Source of the DNA: Phoronis australis
Taxonomy: Eukaryota; Animalia; Phoronida
Reading direction: 5' to 3'
Length of the DNA: 64,000 bases
Assembly: GCA_002633005.1 (NCBI GenBank)
Contig: NMRA01000108.1
Coordinates: 43,820-107,819, forward strand
Both the position numbers and the translations under genes were made by a program. The notes under the pieces were generated by a model, which worked only from the letters and a program-made list of their open reading frames with translations, was not told the origin of the DNA and did not search any database. Of the stretch, positions 12,001 to 23,457 are shown piece after piece; the first letter of the stretch is position 1; every line of letters begins with the position of its first letter.

Positions 12001-12683
12001 TTGGAGCAGTAAAAGAGCTTAAGGAAGCTGTGAGTGATTCGGATAATCAAGAATTAAAGGAATACTGTGCAGATAAGTTAGTGGTGTGGAAATTTATTAC
12101 TCCAAATGCTCCACATCAAAATGGATGTGCGGAGGCATTAGTGAAAAGTTGCAAAAATGCTCTTAAGCATGCCATAGGTAGTCAAGTGCTGACACCTATT
12201 GAGCTTTATACATGCTTCATGGAAATAGCCAATTTGATTAATGAACGACCAATTGGAAGGGTCCCAAATGATCCAGATGACGGAAAATATCTGTGCCCTA
12301 ATGACTTGCTGCTGGGAAGATCATCATCAAGAGTACCTCAAGAACCATTTAAAGAAACAAGAAATCCAAGACATCGGCACGAATTTGTTCAAAAAATTGT
12401 AGACTCGTTCTGGAAAAGATGGAGCCGGGATGTATTGCCTTTGTTAGTACAGAGGAAGAAATGGAGAGCTTATCTAAGAAATGTTTGTGTTGGAGATATT
12501 GTAATTATGTTGGACAATAATGCCGTGAGAAGCAACTGGACAATGGGTAAAGTTACTCAAGTGTTTCCCGGACTTGAAAATAAAGTTCGTAATGTTTTGG
12601 TTAAAACTGCAACAAGTGAATATGCCAAACCAGTTTCTAAGTTGTCAGTATTGTACCCTGTTGAAGGTTCTGATGAAAATTAG
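9021..12683 (+). CDS. pol: BEL/Pao pol: protease C-half, reverse transcriptase, RNase H, integrase
   Basis: 1220-aa open frame. RT motifs RIVFNAS, GDISKMY, YMDD. RNase H FCDASESAFG and TVPRLEL. Integrase H-x3-H...CVKC, VDYFG, SDNGT and GCAEALV. Confidence 0.95.
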   Translation: MADKRKFLKTRLYKVRVRGEHNWFTVSAVGIPCINENTNCYDVSSVESKLGITLKRTTGPIDMLIGVNHANLHTGGTRQFGNLIARHSPLGWVLFGSTGQQKSITSCVFHVDVGVNLTDFWTTESMGVSGSSCSCQGSKLSPAEKEEAEVIRRSCEKVGNQWKVAYPWKEDPCKLPDNRSQAEAKLRSTERRLQKNLVHAQLYNDQIQEMVNMNFARKLSEEEMHQYNGPVHYVSHHEVLRTDKVSTPIRIVFNASSSFNGHVLNNYWMKGPDLLNDLFAVILRFREFDSAFVGDISKMYHRVLIPEIDQHVHRFLWRNFENRNPDTYVMNVVTFGDKPSAAMAQTALRLTAWENKDAYPDTYNVIMHNTYMDDICESVSSPEQASRLTSDIDKVLKTGGFQIKKWMFGQSPDDNVSTEEEFHFVSPQEEKVLGIIWNRTKDVLTYSVNLRDDGDSQFTKRKILSRISTIFDPIGFASPVLIRAKIGIQRLWQEGLDWDDPLPSELCKEWSALFEDLKSLSAVSFQRCLSPKLFIEPPMMCVFCDASESAFGVCIYLRWKVSDDMYETRFVMAKSRVAPLKKLTVPRLELQAAVLSSRLYRSIVKELRLEVKSAVFFTDSTIVLGWIKNTTRRFKSFVANRVGEIQSNIDPADWRHVPGDLNVADKVSRGVPVSELSDEWAHGPLFLLQPEESWPVQNEKPDVQEECLSTAEEVCHVSTAELKREAVCDMLIFQEMAVKYSSWKKIIRVTAYILRFIHNLKVKTGKIVDDLHTDPVLTPTELMCSEVCLLLQEQQSLHGRYEKGHFKSFSPFIDGFGLIRVGGRLENACMSYDTRHPILLTCESKLSYLIARSYHEETHSGVSATVAKTRRKFWITKAHRIAKSVKYCCVKCRKMNHRVENQFMVDLPNQRLLPCTPPFNCTAVDYFGPVTGKVGRNKTDKHYGVIFTCMNTRAVHIELAENMSTVRFLQVLRRFFSVRGYPSEMISDNGTQMVGAVKELKEAVSDSDNQELKEYCADKLVVWKFITPNAPHQNGCAEALVKSCKNALKHAIGSQVLTPIELYTCFMEIANLINERPIGRVPNDPDDGKYLCPNDLLLGRSSSRVPQEPFKETRNPRHRHEFVQKIVDSFWKRWSRDVLPLLVQRKKWRAYLRNVCVGDIVIMLDNNAVRSNWTMGKVTQVFPGLENKVRNVLVKTATSEYAKPVSKLSVLYPVEGSDEN

Positions 12684-12706
12684 AAAATTTTCATGGTCGC
12701 GGAGTA

Positions 12707-13428
12707 TGTTTCGTCGAGAGTTTGTATTATTTTAAGTTTACCAGTTCTGCCCTCTGTTGTTTAGTTTATGTTTCAGCTTGGCTACGCCACATTTATTGTT
12801 TTAGTATAACCTATGTCTTAGCCAGGACGAAATTTACAGCTACCCCGAGCTTTTCTCACTTGATTCTTGTAGAGGATGGATGTGTTTCAGTTACCTGCCA
12901 GTTTTTCAGTTGAAATATATGTCACAGCGTTCAAGAAAGTAAGCTTTTTTTGTTGGCTTATTAGTTGTATTGCAGTGTAGGTAATATTGTAATTTCTGAA
13001 TTTTCTTATATTTAAAATAGGGGTAATTCTTTGGCAGTGAAGGTTCTCGTTTCAGAGACACGTGTTTTAAGAGGTGTAGTTTAGATTTCTTTCGACAGTT
13101 GGCGCTCTTAGCAGTACGTTTATTTCCGTTTACCGTGTGGCGCTGTGGTTTGTTTATTTACATCCGGTTTTTGATTAGCGGGTTTGTGGCTTTGATATAT
13201 GAGTTTGAATTGTACTTAGGGTTTTCATGACAGGTTTTGGATATTACTTACTTACTTACGTTGGTTTATTTGCTGTGTCATGCAGAGATTATTATTTCTT
13301 GTATTTATGGTGATTTTTGGTTTGTTTTCAGATTGAACTTCTTCTTCTAGACTTATACTGATGTCTGATGTAAAAATAAAGTTCCAATTTAAACGCTGCT
13401 GCTGTTTTTTCACCCTGTGCGTGAGCCA
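12707..13428 (+). repeat. 3' LTR of BEL/Pao element (722 bp)
   Basis: TGTTTCGTCGAGAG...GTGAGCCA, preceded by a short G-rich PPT-like tract GGTCGCGGAGTA just after the pol stop. Confidence 0.95.
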
Positions 13429-14589
13429 ATTTGATTTCCAGTTTCCTCTTTTTATCATTTTTTCGACTTTATAAATGTTTAGTACAGGTAAATTTTACAA
13501 CCAAAAATGTCTATCACACAAGCCTATTTTCTGTGTATCATAAATCAGCTGGAAATTTCCCCTCTGTTTTTGTTATTGCTCATTCCAAGCTCTGCTTATT
13601 TTTCTTGAAGTAACTAGAATGGATTTCATAACGTACCAGTTTATTGTGCGGGATTCTTGTTGGGTTTATCAACTGTAAAATATCACTAATAAAATATCCA
13701 CGTAAGTCCTTATGTATAGGAGCATAGGATAATAGACACCTATCTTGATTTCGCACAAAAGCAGAGTACAACATTCCAAACGTAATTTCGAGTTCTATTT
13801 CCTGTAAAAAGATTAATGACAGGGCCCAGGTATCAATTTCAGTATAGTTGGCGCTTAATCATGTTTGAAAGTGTTGTACTGTGTTTGGAAATTTGTTTTT
13901 CTACTCAACAGCGAGAACTCCATCAATTCAAGTTTTGCCTAATTCAGCTTTTCATTTATGTTTATATCGTGTATGGTCGCTGGTAAAATATACCATCAAG
14001 ATTTTAGTCTAGAAATTTCCAAATTGGGCTTTTGGCCATAACATTTATAGGAATCTGATTATGAGTGCGCAAGAAAAAACGAACATTTTTGAGACGTTTT
14101 GTTTACTCAAAGTTATTGAACCAAAACGTCAGAAAATATTTGTTTTCTCTTTCTCGCTCAAGGGTTTCCATTATTCAGTTTGGGCAAGGTCGTCGCTTAC
14201 TCGCAAAGCTACCAATTGGATGATCAACTATGCACTTATCTGCTATCTGTTTTAACGTTGATCATCGTGAATACACCTCATAAATCGTGCATCGTCGTTG
14301 CGCAAACTACATTGAGATTTATGTCTCCTGAAATAAGTTGACGATCGGATGGTTTTTAAAAGTCTAATTATCAATTTCTCCAGTTAGTGCACCATTGAAG
14401 TAAACGAAAGTAGTTCTGCTTGTTGCGTCAGCTGTTGGTATCATCATCTCGAATTATGACCCACAACGCGTGACTGGACAAAGCCTTTTCAAATTAATGT
14501 TGGTAAGCCTGTGGAGCGTGAAACCCCTGAGGTCCCAATCAAGTCCTCACGACAACTTAGCGTTATGGTGCGACCAATGGTTGGAATAG

Positions 14590-15235
14590 TCAGAACGTTC
14601 AACCAGTGTCACCTGCTATGTGTAACATGTCATCAGGAGCTGGTAATTTTGTGTGATCAGTTTTGCAGACAGCACAGGTCTATGGTAGAGAGGTAGTGGA
14701 GGCCACGATTCAGGTTCTGACAGGTCCAACGTCTCGGCTAGTTTGGTGAGAAGAGTCAAGCCTCAGTGGGTGTCTTCTGAACCGGTATAGTATTCAGCCT
14801 TTGGTGGTGGTTCAGCACAAGGTACGAGTTGAAGTTAGTACTCCTGAGGGACTCCAAAGTGTCATTGTGACAGAGGTGCCAGTGATATGTACATATAGCC
14901 CCCTGCAGCGTGCACAGATACCTGCAAATGTCTTGAGGGAGTTTGATTGCCCGCACTTTACGGACGAGTATGGTCAGCCCAGACATATGAGTGTAGATAT
15001 TTTAGTAGGTTTGGAGCATTACTGGAATTTTATGAAGCTTGGGAGTCCGCGCCGTCTCTATTCTATGGACTCATTAGTTGCCCGTGACTCAGTGTTTGGT
15101 TTGGTGTTATCAGGGCGATTAGGGATCACATAGGTAGTCGCAGTATTACTACTGGTCCTCAGATGTTGTAATCAGTCAAAGTAAACTTTTGGGACTTAGA
15201 ATCAATTCGCGTGCGTCCTAAGGACTCTGTTAATT
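14590..15235 (+). pseudogene. Fragment of a second, older BEL/Pao protease region
   Basis: Broken frames read VLQTAQV...GSDRS...SAFGGG, EVPVIC, VDILVGLEHYW, SVFGLVLSG and FWDLESI. These are Pao peptidase (DUF1758-like) motifs, with a sequence distinct from the full-length element. Confidence 0.75.
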
Positions 15236-15269
15236 CAGACTTAGGAGGTTTAACTAAAGGTTGCGAAAT

Positions 15270-15875
15270 GGAAGATACGCAGAGTGCACCGTGCCGGCAT
15301 GCTCAAGTGTAAATGGTGCCATTCAGACTCTGACGAACTTGAGTTGTGAAAAAAGTCAGCAGCATGAAGAATGTACCCAGGCACGACAGTCGCGTGATGA
15401 CAAAGACATCCACAGCCTTGTTGAACTCCTCCACAACAGAAACCCATTTCAAAGAGAAACATTACAGAACATCGCCACTGGTGTGACTGAAGGCACACGC
15501 GTCAATTCCAAAAATGCCAGAGAAATGGGGAAGGCGATTAAGTTGTCTATGGAGGCGTCAAGTGCGAAAGACTTCACATTCAGAAAGAAAGTTGTGGCAA
15601 TGATAATTCAATCAGTTCATGTTGCTAATAGTGATTTCACGCAAGTAGATCCACGAGTGCTATTTCAGCGAATCCTGACAGCTGCAAAAGACAACAGTGA
15701 AAGTTCATCATGCCATTTGAAGTTTGAGATGTTTGTTGGTTCCCCTGCTCTTTTTGATGCATCTGCTCTTCCCACAGTAGCTAATAAATCAATATTAGCT
15801 GATGCACTCAAGTACTGGGGTACTGCCTGAGGATTTCAATTTCAAGAAAACACGGTGATGCATGTAATCTACGGC
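15270..15875 (+). pseudogene. Academ (XPG-type) transposase fragment, central part
   Basis: QQHEECTQARQSRDDKD...RNPF...LQNIATGV...VDPRVLFQR...PALFD...NKSILADAL resembles the conserved region upstream of the PIN/XPG domain in Academ proteins (recognised from memory of the family). Confidence 0.65.
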
Positions 15876-17159
15876 TATTCTCCAGAGTCGGACTGAGTTG
15901 CTATGACTGAATTGTCCGGTGCGAGCAAGACCCAATTAAGTGTATTTACCCGACCATAAACTGTAGTAAACACCTCTGCCTTTGCAAATTGGCGAATTTT
16001 CAAAATGCATTAACTAACAGATTTCGTTAAAAACAAATACCACAGCTGTATTCAGATGGAAAAAGCAAGTTTTTAGTTTTCGATTTTTAAAAATCGATGA
16101 GCTATTAACTTTAAAATTACAAATACTGTATGGAACTCGATTGAAGATAAACGACTGCGCGTATTGATATATTCGGTGATTTACAAACACTGATCCGAGT
16201 TATAAATAACTCGTGGATTATTCTTTTAATATACAACTACATGTAAGCTACATTGAAACATCTACGAACAACACACACTGAGTAAATTAGATATCAGTAA
16301 TTCAATAATTTTAAAAACATCGCTTATGGCCCAGTGCATGCCGAACTACTTTACTCCAGGAGTAGTACACTAACCGGAAAACTGCTATTGGCAGAAATGC
16401 GCCAATTTCGATAGTTAGCCTGTAGTTGTAATGGAACACCTGTGAAGACAACTAAGATGGCTAGCTTTGTAGTCAACGAGAGAGTGCAAGCAGTGGATGA
16501 CGTTGGTCGGTGGGCAACAGCTTTGACTTCATTTTTAGACTGAGGAAAAGCTAGAATAGTTATGTACTTACTGCAACCGAAATTGTCCAGAGGTTCCTAA
16601 TCTTCAGTTTGGCTATCACCATATTTGCACATTTGTATATATTTTATGATTTGAGTTCTAATAAAATTGAACTTGAACTAATGGCACATGTAGTTTTGTT
16701 TGCTGTGACATGTTTGGTGTGGCTGTAATCTGGAAAATTCAGGGATGACTTCTAAGTTGCTTTGGTGCTTCGGTTAAACACAAAATAAAAGATAGCAACC
16801 TTAACCGGTAAGAAAAAATGCAAGTAGACAGGAGTATTAAAGTAAAGTAATGAAAATAGGTATGGAACATATTGATAACCAACGTTCCTTTGGGAAGTGA
16901 CCCTTTGTCAGAATCAACTCAAATTAACTTTTTAGCCTTTTTGTAATATTAAAAATGTATTAAGTTAAAACTGCTCTCCATATTGCAGGCTTTAACTGTG
17001 TGCAAATGTCAGACAAAAGCAATTTGGGTGTAATAACGATCACCATTGTCAAGAAAGTAGTACCAGCTATTACCTTTCCACTTCTTTACCTCAGATCTAC
17101 ATCAATGCAAAGGGCGCTCTGAATAGGGATTGTAAACGTCGTCTGGGGCTTATGGACTC

Positions 17160-18050
17160 AGAGCGGTGATCAGTGTAAGCGAGAAAATTTTCGACATGAA
17201 GAACAAAAACAAACAATTATTCATTCACGTCTTGTCAAGTTTTCTAGGAAATGCTGGTTGCACAGTGGTACAATCTCAAGGTGACACAGATGTTTTAATT
17301 GAAGAAACGCAGCACAAAGTCCAACTACTCTTATTGCAGACGATACAGACTTGTGGGTTCTTTTGTGTTACCATGCTACTTCAAAACACTTTCCAATGTT
17401 CATAAAATTTGTCAGGAGGCACCAAAGCAAGAGGAACGTCTGGGACATCAAGAAACTACAGTTGTCTCTTGGTGCTGAAACTTGCGCAGACTTGCCATTT
17501 GCACATGCAATAGGTGGTTGCAGTACCACATTACGGCTGTTCAGTATTAGCAAAGACTCTTTCATTCAAGAAATTGCGTGTTCGAGAAGTCTACGAAAAC
17601 GCTAAAGTACTCACTAGAACCATACAGCTGAAGCAAGACATGTTTGAAATTGGTAAGAGTTGTGTCTATGCTTTATGGCGGTACTGACTCTGGGAATTTG
17701 GATGTCCTGCAATACAGGCGATTTTTGGATGAGGTTTCAGATTAGCCCCCAGTCAAATACAGTCATTACCGCCAACTTTCTTCAGTAGCTAAATTCCATA
17801 CTCTCGGGGCATATTATCAAGAGCAAGAGTGGTCAAGTTTCAGTGGCAGTGGCCTAGAGTTGCTGTATAGGGGATGGGTGCTGGCAGGTAGAAAATTGAT
17901 ACCCACGACGACGGACCAGTCAGAAGCACCAGAAAGCCTGCTGAAAGTAGCAACATGCTCGTGTGAGACCAACTGTAGTTCCAAGAGATGTACTTACAAG
18001 AAGTTAGGATTGCATGTGGATGATGCCGTGGTATAAGCTGCAGCAATTCA
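17160..18050 (+). pseudogene. Academ transposase C-terminal fragment: XPG/PIN nuclease plus Cys8 finger
   Basis: NKQLFI...GDTDVLI, DDTDLWVLL, LPFAHAIGGCSTT (H3TH-like GCDT), LPPT...FH...AYYQ..EW and APESLLKVATCSCETNCSSKRCT...CRGISCSN. Many stops and frameshifts. Confidence 0.75.
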
Positions 18051-18565
18051 TTTTCAGTTGACATACATTACTTGTGTAAACACTCGTTGATTGTGTATAG
18101 ATTTTTATCACAGACTGAGAATGACTGCTTCAGACAGACTTGTATCATCACTAAAGAGAAGCCAAGTGGGAACTGTGCAAGCACTTATAAACTGTTTAAC
18201 TTGCTAAACATAATTTGGTAAACCTTTCTCCTGTCTCAACTATTGCTGTCTTCACTAGCACATACAACTAACTGGAGATGACACAGACGATGTAGGTAGT
18301 AGATCACTAAATTAAAAGCAGAGAGTTATTTTCGGTACAGCACATTTTTCAGGAGGAGGATGATCCTTCAGTCAAGGCGAACCTGGGGTTTTTCACCCAC
18401 ATAAGTTATAATTCGTTAAACAATCTTGAAAACGGTAGTCGTGATCATCAGAACCAGACAAAAATTATTGTAATTGACGTGCTGACATAAAAATTCACTA
18501 TATAAAAATCTGTGAAGTTGGTGTGTCTCTGGAATGTTAAATTCTTACAAGAAGCAACTATTTGG

Positions 18566-19318
18566 TGGCCATCTTAGAAAATGGTGGACGTAATCATTAG
18601 AGCCAAGCGCAAGGAGTCTCAATGGATTAGTCAATCCAAAAAACCTATGATGCAATGCTTGAAGCAAGACGACACACTAATTTGTACGTGCAAAGTTGTG
18701 CAACTATAAATAGTTTTGGAAGCCATCTTGAAAAATGGCAGATGGAGTCACCACAGTTATGCAAAACTATTTCCAATGGATTTATTGACCACAAAAGATC
18801 GGTAAACCTTTTTGAATTCCACTCTAGAGTTATAATGGTCATCAGCAAATCTGGCGGCCATTTTGTCCGCCATCTTGGAAATGGAGGAAGTAATCACTAG
18901 GGTCAAATGCAATGAGTCTCAATGGGTCAGTCGACCCAAAATACCTATGCTGCAATGTTTGAAGCAAGACGACACACTAATCTGTTCGAGTGAAGTTGTG
19001 CGATTCGAAGTAGTTTTGGCGGCCATCTTGGAAAATAGTGGATGTTGTCACCACAACCATGCAAAACTATTTCCAATGGATTTATTGACACACGAAAGAC
19101 GGGTAAACCTATTTGAATTGTTAATGTATCACATTCCATTCTCGAGTTTTAATCATGGTTATCCGCAAACCTGGCGGCCATTTTGTCCGCCATCTTGAAA
19201 AACCAACTTCCGCCACACCGATTCCGGTAGTCTATTTTCTCACACTAAGGGGTGTGAGAGGTTACGAGTCATGCATTAAAACCTTCTGTTGCGGGTCATC
19301 CGTATCATGACTGGACTG
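18566..19318 (+). repeat. Right subterminal region of Academ relic: two ~302-bp tandem units and a probable terminus
   Basis: 18566-18867 is repeated at 18868-19198 (GCCATCTTG...GGCGGCCATTTTGTCCGCCATCTTG). The region ends ...CATGACTGGACTG, resembling a ...GGACTA Academ-like end. Confidence 0.6.
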
Positions 19319-19399
19319 GAATATATTTGTCCTATGCTTGCGCCACGCAATTTTTAGAAGGGTATGAGCATCACAGTCAAATCTGGAAAGCAGCATTTC

Positions 19400-22135
19400 T
19401 ATTCCAAGTTCACGCAAGTGACCTTGCGATTAAGCAAGCATTTGCGACATCTAGTGTGCAGATGTTAAGTAAATTTTCGCTGTGATTCGAATGGTGGACA
19501 TGAATTCGTTTGTCTTGAGTTATTGTTTCTGTTGTAATTATATTTATTGCCCATCCTGTATGTTATTCAGGTTTTGGTAACTGTTTCCAGAGGTGGCTTG
19601 ACTGGGATGTTTGGGTTGGTGATCGCCATCCATCAGGTCCACAGGCTCTGGTCCGCCTGCACTAACACGGAAAACATGTTGTCTGTGACCTCCTGAGCTT
19701 CCCAAAAAGAATGGGCCCAACTCCAGGATTTGATTTTTTCTCCATGATAGCAAGTAACAGCATATGTTCACGAAAACATTTGATTTTTTCTTAAAAAGTC
19801 CCACCAAAGGCATTAAAATTTCAAAAAATGAAGGTGTGAAACCCAATATTGTTTTAAGTACTGGTTAAATTTGGAGTAATATGCATCCTAATGTGTTAGA
19901 GTAGTCTCAAGAACAGGAATTGTGTTTACAGTTTATTGTGATCTGCCAGCGAAAGCTTGCTTCACCACTTAGATTTTCTGTGAAATGAAAAGACACTAAT
20001 TCCAAATTTTCTTATAAAGGGAAAAGTATTTTGTTCTGAATTGATTTAGAATACACCAAGCCAAGGCCAACGGATGGAATCCTATGTCCGTCCTCTTAGA
20101 CGACACCTTTTTCGAAGAGTTCAAGCAACCAGGTGTCACACAAAAAGGCATGACGAACTTTTTACATGTACAACACTGGCATACAATAAATAACAAGAGC
20201 CGGTGATACAATGATAAAACGCAATGTTAACTCTATCAAATCATTGCCACATTATGGAGTTTCAATACATGTATGTGATGAGCAATCGATGCCCTGTCAA
20301 CCACTGAGATATCAGCCAATCAGAGATTGCTGTCAGGATCAGTGTTTTTAAAATAAATGTGAATAAGCTTTTGTTTGGAACGCAACTCGGGCAACTGTGA
20401 GTTTTATTTGTATGTTAGAACCGGTTTACTGCTGGATTATTTTTACTACAGTCATCTTTTTAATTTGGCATAAGGTAAAATTTAATCACCAATAATTTAC
20501 AGGGACAGAAAAAGTTGTTCATAATGTTTTGTAATCTTTCAGAGAACGCTTACTTCACAACATAGGGTTTGGAAAGCGAGAATAGAATCATTCCAAGTTG
20601 AAACAGTGGCCTGTTAAACGTGGAATTCGGAAGAAAATAATTGGTAACGTTTTTAGTAAAGTCTCAAGATAACGACAAGGTTGTGCTTACAACATATTGT
20701 AACCAGTCAGAGGATGTTCGGTTAACCATGTGACTTTTTGTAAAGGTAATACACAATTATTCCAAGCTTAACCAAGAGCGAGGCTTGCTTAAACTTGGAA
20801 TTGATTAGAAAACAATTGAAAATGCATTCATAGGTGTGCCAAACGTAATAGAAAATGCATTTATTACACACCTTAACCGGTCAGAGAATATTTGCTACAC
20901 CACACGATTTTTTGTAAAGAAGGAATTGAATTATTTCAAGTTTAAGCTAGCCACGCCTTTGCTTAAACTTGGAATTGGGTAGATTAAATGCGAATGCACT
21001 CAGAAGTGTTCCAAAAGTAATAGAAATAGCATTTAAAGTGTATTGCAACCATTTAAAGAATTTTGGTTTGTCACGTGACTTATAAAGCAGAAGTTGAATT
21101 ATTTCAAGTTTAAGCGAGCCACGCCCTTGCTTAAAGTTGGAATTGCATAGAAAACAACTGTGAATGCATGCATAGGTGTTTCGAAAGCAATAGAAAATGC
21201 GTTTACATTGTATTACAACCATTAAGAGAAGGCGTGTTCTATAGGTAATAGAAGAAAGCATTTAAAATGTATTGCAACCAGTTAGAAAATGTTTGGTTCA
21301 CCAAGTGAATTTTTGTAAAGCAGAATTGAATTATTCCAAGTTTAAACGAGCCACACCGTGGCTTAAACCTGGAATTGGGTACAAAAAAAAAACTGAGTAT
21401 GTACTCAGAAGTGTTCCAAAATTAATAGAAAATGCATTTAAAATGTATTGCAACCAGTTACCGAATGTTTGGTTCATCATCTCACTTGTTGGAAAGCAGA
21501 AATTAAATTATTCCAAGTTAAAGCAGGGGCGTATCAAAAACTTGGAATTTACGGGGTAGAAAAAACTCGGCAAGAAGTCTTCCGAAATTAATAGAAAATG
21601 AATATAAGATGTATTGCAGCCAGTTAGTGAATGTTTAATTCATCTTCTTGATCAAACATCAATCAGGCACTAATTTTAAACATCAAACTTTATTTTTATA
21701 TTTAAATAGGCAGCAACACAGAAAATAATACGACTCAAATGGCCATCGTAGGGCAATGACCTTGAATGCCTGGTGCATTATTGAGGGAACATGTAATCAC
21801 AATACACTCCTTAAAGGATTTTTTTGTTCCAGCCCCTGGGTACAAATCAGTATTCATGACCAGACCTCGGGAGCTTTATCTCGATTTTTTAGAAATTTCT
21901 TCTCTCCGTAGCCTACCGGTTCAGTAACGATTTCAGCCCAAATCCTTTTTTCTGTGATTGTGTGCCAGGTACCCGCTTAATTCCAAGTTCACGCAAGATT
22001 CCAAGTTCACGTTCGGGGTTTGGCATTTTGCTTAATTTCGAGATCACTTGCGTGATCTTGGAATTCCAAGTTCACGCAAAACTCCCTCCCGCTTAACCTT
22101 TAGATTAAGCAGGATTCCAAGTTCACGTACAGCAT
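19400..22135 (-). mobile_element. Non-autonomous THAP-type DNA transposon relic
   Basis: Inverted subterminal block ATTCCAAGTTCACGCAAGTGA..ATTAAGCA at 19401-19438 versus 22028-22064. THAP start MPFCVTPGCLNSSKK...IGFHPL at ~20065-20151 (minus). Exact termini and TSD not resolved. Confidence 0.55.
20580..21640. repeat. Tandem array of about six 170-230 bp units, each with an inverted pair TTCCAAGTTTAA...TTAAACTTGGAA
   Basis: Unit starts near 20585, 20756, 20929, 21097, 21329 and 21507. Confidence 0.85.
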
Positions 22136-22159
22136 GCAACCTATTACGCATCTGATGCT

Positions 22160-22400
22160 CTAGTAGTAGTAGTAGTAGTAATACACTTTATTCTCTTTAA
22201 GTCAAAAACCAAAAAATACAGTTGGTAATCTAGCCTTGACCAGCTGATTAGCGTGACACGGGATGTGCTGATGTCCGCTCGGCTAATAATTAGCCGACCT
22301 AGTGGCTATTTTGTGGCCCGAACGTCGACTCTTGGGCGGCTACCTAGATAAAAAGGTGTGTTGTACCTGCACAGCTACGTGATCTTGTTTGAGTATTTCA
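22160..22400 (-). mobile_element. 3' end of a LINE/SINE with a (TAC)n tail
   Basis: Minus strand ends AATAAAGTGTATTACTACTACTACTACTACTA and contains the hairpin TCGGCTAAT-ATTAGCCGA. The 5' boundary is uncertain. Confidence 0.5.
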
Positions 22401-22479
22401 CCATTAGTTGCCCTGTGTCAGGAGAATACATAATATTTATAGGATACTGGTATATTTTGATGGTACTGGGATCCTTATT

Positions 22480-23457
22480 ATCGTGGGTTGTTTGGGGGAA
22501 AGTGTTGCCCGTAATTACGCTTGCAGTTACGATCAGGAGTTCGCTCGTGTTTTACAACCGAAATCGTTCGCCGTTGAAAACGACTTAGACTTCCCTTGTG
22601 TTTTACGAACGAAATCGTGAGCACGTGATTATGTAAGAGACTTTGTATATGGTTTACGACTAAAGTCGTTCGCCTGCTATTGCGAGTGTAAGTCGACAGT
22701 GACTTTGGTAGTGTTGTTTGACCGTAATCGATATATCCAATGAGAAATTGATTTGTAAGTCTCGTGAGATCTAAAGTCGTTTTACACTCATAATTTTTCG
22801 CTTGAATTTTTGCTTGTAATTTCGCGCTCGCAGTAGTTATAGTCAAGCACCAGTGCAAAAGCCATTATACTAATATGTTGTTTTGTGGCTCAAATGGTTT
22901 TATTCAAATGTCTTCAATAAAGAAAGAGTGATTTTTAGCAACATTTCGAAATTCTACTACATTATCATTTAAAAACTGTTATTAAATCGTGTTTTTACAT
23001 TATCATGTATCATTATGCTTGCCGTGTTCGGAGTAAGGCAATGACTTTTTTCATAAATTTTGGTAAAGCATGGTTATTTTAACAAATAAAGTAAAATCAT
23101 TGTCAGGTAACTTCCACGATACATGTATGCAATTGGCACCTCGGTATGCACTAAAACGGACCACTTCAAAATGCTTAGGATGGCTAGAGTACTAAGTCGT
23201 CATTATGTTTCACTCATTTTCGCTTATATACTTTGCACTTGCAATTTTATCTTCTGAACATGCGCAAAATACGAGTGTAAAATTACGAGCGAAAATTATG
23301 AGCGCAAAACTATGAACGTAATGCTTCAGACCTCACTCAACCTAGAGACCAATTTCTTGCTGAATATAATGATTACGGCCGTAAAACACAAGTGAAGTCT
23401 GCGTTGTAATTACTAGCATAATTATGAGCTACACTTCTGTCCTTACGGCCCACCGTA
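22480..23457. mobile_element. Old MITE-like element with degenerate long inverted ends
   Basis: 22505-22560 and 22720-22830 align loosely to the reverse complement of 23260-23435 (GTAATTAC...GTGTTTTAC..CCG.AATC). The right end is ...GGCCCACCGTA. Confidence 0.45.

Larger units (their letters stand above)
6784..13428 (+). mobile_element. Full-length BEL/Pao LTR retrotransposon
   Basis: Two direct LTRs with TG...CA ends. Flanks ACTTG (6779-6783) and ATTTG (13429-13433) form a 5-bp TSD with one mismatch. Domain order is gag-PR-RT-RH-IN with Pao-type motifs. Confidence 0.96.

Noticed and set aside
18655-19198. Similar ORFs 18655..18900 and 18863..19198
   Set aside because: Translations of the non-coding 302-bp subterminal tandem repeat.
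20580-21640. Palindromic repeats with spacers resembling a CRISPR array
   Set aside because: The spacers are 130-190 bp and homologous to each other, so this is a tandem repeat. Eukaryotic context and no cas genes.
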